Shown: positions 61,598 through 64,000 of the stretch, in pieces
Layout: each line of letters opens with the position of its first letter
Numbering within the stretch: the first letter of the stretch is position 1
From: an uncultured Acidobacteriota bacterium
GTDB lineage: Bacteria > Acidobacteriota > UBA6911
Assembly (NCBI GenBank): GCA_963827655.1
Contig: CAWHCF010000042.1
Location: 52,778 to 116,777, forward strand
Length of the DNA stretch: 64,000 nucleotides
Reading direction: 5' to 3'
Notes under the pieces: generated by a model
Told to the model about the DNA's origin: nothing
What the model saw: only the letters and a program-made list of their open reading frames with translations
The model's database searches: none
Program-made: the position numbers and the translations under genes

Positions 61598-62320
61598 TCA
61601 GGCTGACTTACCCGATTTCGAGGTCAGCCATCTTTCGTGGTGACGTCGCACCAGGGCGATTGCTTCATCCCCGTTCGCGACGCACTGCGCGATGGACATA
61701 TCTTCCGGATTCGCCAGGGGCAGTTCGGAAGACAACATCGACGTGCGCGCCCACTCAACCAGACCGGGCCACATCCGGCCGACCAGAATCAGCGGCACAT
61801 CGCGCACGTGTCCTACCTGGAGCAGTTGCCAGACCATCAGGGTTTCCAGGGCTGTGCCGATACCCCCGGGGGCGACAATGAAGGCATCGGAGGCGAGGAC
61901 GAAATGATGGAGGCGGGTGAAGAAGGTTCGATGCTCGAACGCCTGCGTCACGAAGGCATTGACGTCCTGCTCGAAGGGCAGCTCGACACGCACGCCGACA
62001 GATCGGCCTGGGCCGGAAACGCTGGCCGCTCCTTCGTTGGCTGCCTGCATCAACCCGGGGCCGCCGCCCGTGATGATGTCGCAGCCCAGCTGCGCCAGCG
62101 CGGCTGCCACGCGTTTGGTCTCTTCGTAGGCGAAGGTTCCCGGCTTGGCGCGCGCCGAACCGAAAATGGTGACACGGTAGCGGTCGTGGCGCGTGGGACG
62201 AAGCCGGGTGAGATTGTTGACCACGTCCCACAATCCCATGACTGAGTCGATCAGAACTTGCTTCACTCTTTCCTCATCAGCCAGGCTGACGATACTTGAT
62301 CCTGCTTCATTCACGCTCAT
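61598..62320 (-). CDS. LOG family nucleotide phosphoribohydrolase-like protein
   Basis: VTIFGSAR, ITGGGPGLMQAANEGA, LPFEQ, PGGIGT.LE. Confidence 0.9.
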   Translation of the reverse strand: MSVNEAGSSIVSLADEERVKQVLIDSVMGLWDVVNNLTRLRPTRHDRYRVTIFGSARAKPGTFAYEETKRVAAALAQLGCDIITGGGPGLMQAANEGAASVSGPGRSVGVRVELPFEQDVNAFVTQAFEHRTFFTRLHHFVLASDAFIVAPGGIGTALETLMVWQLLQVGHVRDVPLILVGRMWPGLVEWARTSMLSSELPLANPEDMSIAQCVANGDEAIALVRRHHERWLTSKSGKSA

Positions 62321-62329
62321 ACGCACTCT

Positions 62330-62402
62330 GCGAAACGTTCAAACCAACATGTTGTCGTTCAGAAGGGGCCTTTCGTTCGGGGCGAAGTCGCCCGAACGAA
62401 CC
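62330..62402 (-). mobile_element. Family-2 MITE-like element, copy 3
   Basis: gcgaaacgttcaaaccaacatgttgtcgttcagaaggggcctttcgttcggggcgaagtcgcccgaacgaacc; no CTTAG flanks here. Confidence 0.75.
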
Positions 62403-62479
62403 ATACAGTCCCTCTGGCGGGCTTGAGGCAAGGCGGCTGCAACGGCAATCCGCCTGTCTTTGACCCCGTTTGTTCAGGC

Positions 62480-63898
62480 TCACAGTTCGATAACTTCCAT
62501 CCCATGGGTTGCTTCCTCCCGGGCTGCTGGTCCGTGTGTGACCAGGGCAAACTCGCCCGGGACTTCGTGACGCTGCAGCCACTCTTTGACGTAGCTGCGC
62601 CATGAGGCCGGCGGCTTCGGCTGATAGACCGGATGAACGCCATAGGAAAAGATCAGATCCTGACACGTCTTCTCCTGGTCCCCCATCGCCACGATCCAGG
62701 CCGGAAGATGAAAGGCGGCCAGACGCCTGGCGGTGGCTCCGGTGCGAGTGTTTACGAAGACGGCGGCGGGTGACAGATATTCCAGACTGGCTTCAATGCT
62801 GACAGCAATCAGATGCTGCGGCCGCATTCTTCCCCGCAACTCAAGACCTGCATACATCTCCTTAAGTGAAACGTCGCGCCGGGTTGGCTCAACCACAGCA
62901 GCGATCCTGCCCAGCATTGCGACCGATTCGACCGGATAGCTTCCGATGGCAGACTCGCCCGAGAGCATCACGCAATCGGTCCCGTCGAGGATCGCGTTGG
63001 ACACGTCCGTCGCCTCGGCGCGCGTGGGAAGCCGATGGCTGGTCATCGATTCCAGCATCTGCGTGGCCGTGATCACCGGCTTGGCTCGCTGGTTGGCGCG
63101 CCGCATAAGATCCTTCTGCACCACCGCAATCCTCTCGATCGGCACTTCCACGCCCAGGTCGCCACGAGCGATCATGACGCCGTCGGCCGCCTCCAGAATC
63201 TCATCCAGGTGGTCCAGCGCGCGCGCGCGTTCGACCTTGGCGATGATGAAGGGCTGGCGGCCCAGCTCGTTCGCTGCCTCCCGCACCGCATGGATATCGG
63301 CGGCACTTTCGACGAAGGACTGGCTGATCGCGTCGACACCGTGTTCCAGAGCAAATCGAAGACAGTTTCGATCGTGCTCCGTGAATGCCCGGATACCCAG
63401 GTCAATGCTCGGAAGGTTCAGCCCCTTTCGGGATCGCAATTCGCCCCCGACTCTGACGACACAGACCACGTCGTTGCCGCGGACAGCCATGACTTCCAGT
63501 TGAATGAAGCCGTCATTCAGGAAGAGCACATTCCCTGGCTTCACAGCTTGCGGCAAACGCGAGAAGGTAACGGAAACGCGCTGCTGATCGCCGGTCACCT
63601 CGTCTGTGGTGAGCGTGAACGTGTCATCGCGCTTCAATTCAATCTTCTCCACACCAAAATTGCCAATGCGCATTTTGGGCCCGGGCAGATCGGCCATGAT
63701 CGCCACTCGACGTCCCACCTGAGTGGAGGCTGTCCGGATGTTTTCGATGACCTGCCGGTGAGCGGCGAACTCACCGTGGGAAAAATTGAGCCGCGCGATG
63801 TTCATCCCTGCGTTGATCATCTGCGCGATGATCTCCGGCGCCTGCGAGGCGGGACCAATCGTGGCCACGGTCTTGGTTTTATGGGTGGGAAGGTTCAT
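62480..63898 (-). CDS. pyk: Pyruvate kinase
   Basis: KTKTVATIGPAS, ARLNFSHG, DLPGPKMR, MIARGDLGVE, TATQMLESM, PTRAEATDV.NAILDGTDCVMLSGE; alternative start 63910. Confidence 0.96.
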   Translation of the reverse strand: MNLPTHKTKTVATIGPASQAPEIIAQMINAGMNIARLNFSHGEFAAHRQVIENIRTASTQVGRRVAIMADLPGPKMRIGNFGVEKIELKRDDTFTLTTDEVTGDQQRVSVTFSRLPQAVKPGNVLFLNDGFIQLEVMAVRGNDVVCVVRVGGELRSRKGLNLPSIDLGIRAFTEHDRNCLRFALEHGVDAISQSFVESAADIHAVREAANELGRQPFIIAKVERARALDHLDEILEAADGVMIARGDLGVEVPIERIAVVQKDLMRRANQRAKPVITATQMLESMTSHRLPTRAEATDVSNAILDGTDCVMLSGESAIGSYPVESVAMLGRIAAVVEPTRRDVSLKEMYAGLELRGRMRPQHLIAVSIEASLEYLSPAAVFVNTRTGATARRLAAFHLPAWIVAMGDQEKTCQDLIFSYGVHPVYQPKPPASWRSYVKEWLQRHEVPGEFALVTHGPAAREEATHGMEVIEL

Positions 63899-64000
63899 CG
63901 GCTTTCGCATGTTCTGGCCATGAATAGCCCCCGTGAGGCGGGGACTGCCCAAAATGGTTTGCCGGACCACAAAAATACTGCTGCTCGCAATTACGCTAAC

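Overview
GC-rich bacterial DNA. Gene content (ADOP duplicated permease, Tat-exported Gfo/Idh/MocA enzymes, PSD1/DUF1501 pair, kinase-PD40 fusion, quinoprotein-like dehydrogenases) points to Acidobacteriota; this is inference, not a database result. 1-43 kb holds mixed envelope, redox and housekeeping genes: malate synthase, Kgd-type SucA, BshA, an ECF sigma/anti-sigma/HEAT-HEAT operon facing a pseudokinase, and decaying toxin-antitoxin modules. Its intergenic spaces carry several short palindromic repeat families, one nested in another and one apparently translated as a signal peptide. 43-64 kb is almost all minus strand: a DUF3300-DUF2950-secreted protein-MscS operon and a fermentation island (pyk, LOG, truncated dcu, DcaP porin, sdaA, MFS, pta, ackA, pflB, pflA). 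The Fe-S serine dehydratase in this island hides an out-of-frame twin-arginine lipoprotein signal. About a dozen single-base frameshifts, nearly all +1, look like long-read errors rather than true pseudogenes. I found no rRNA, tRNA, CRISPR array or transposase.
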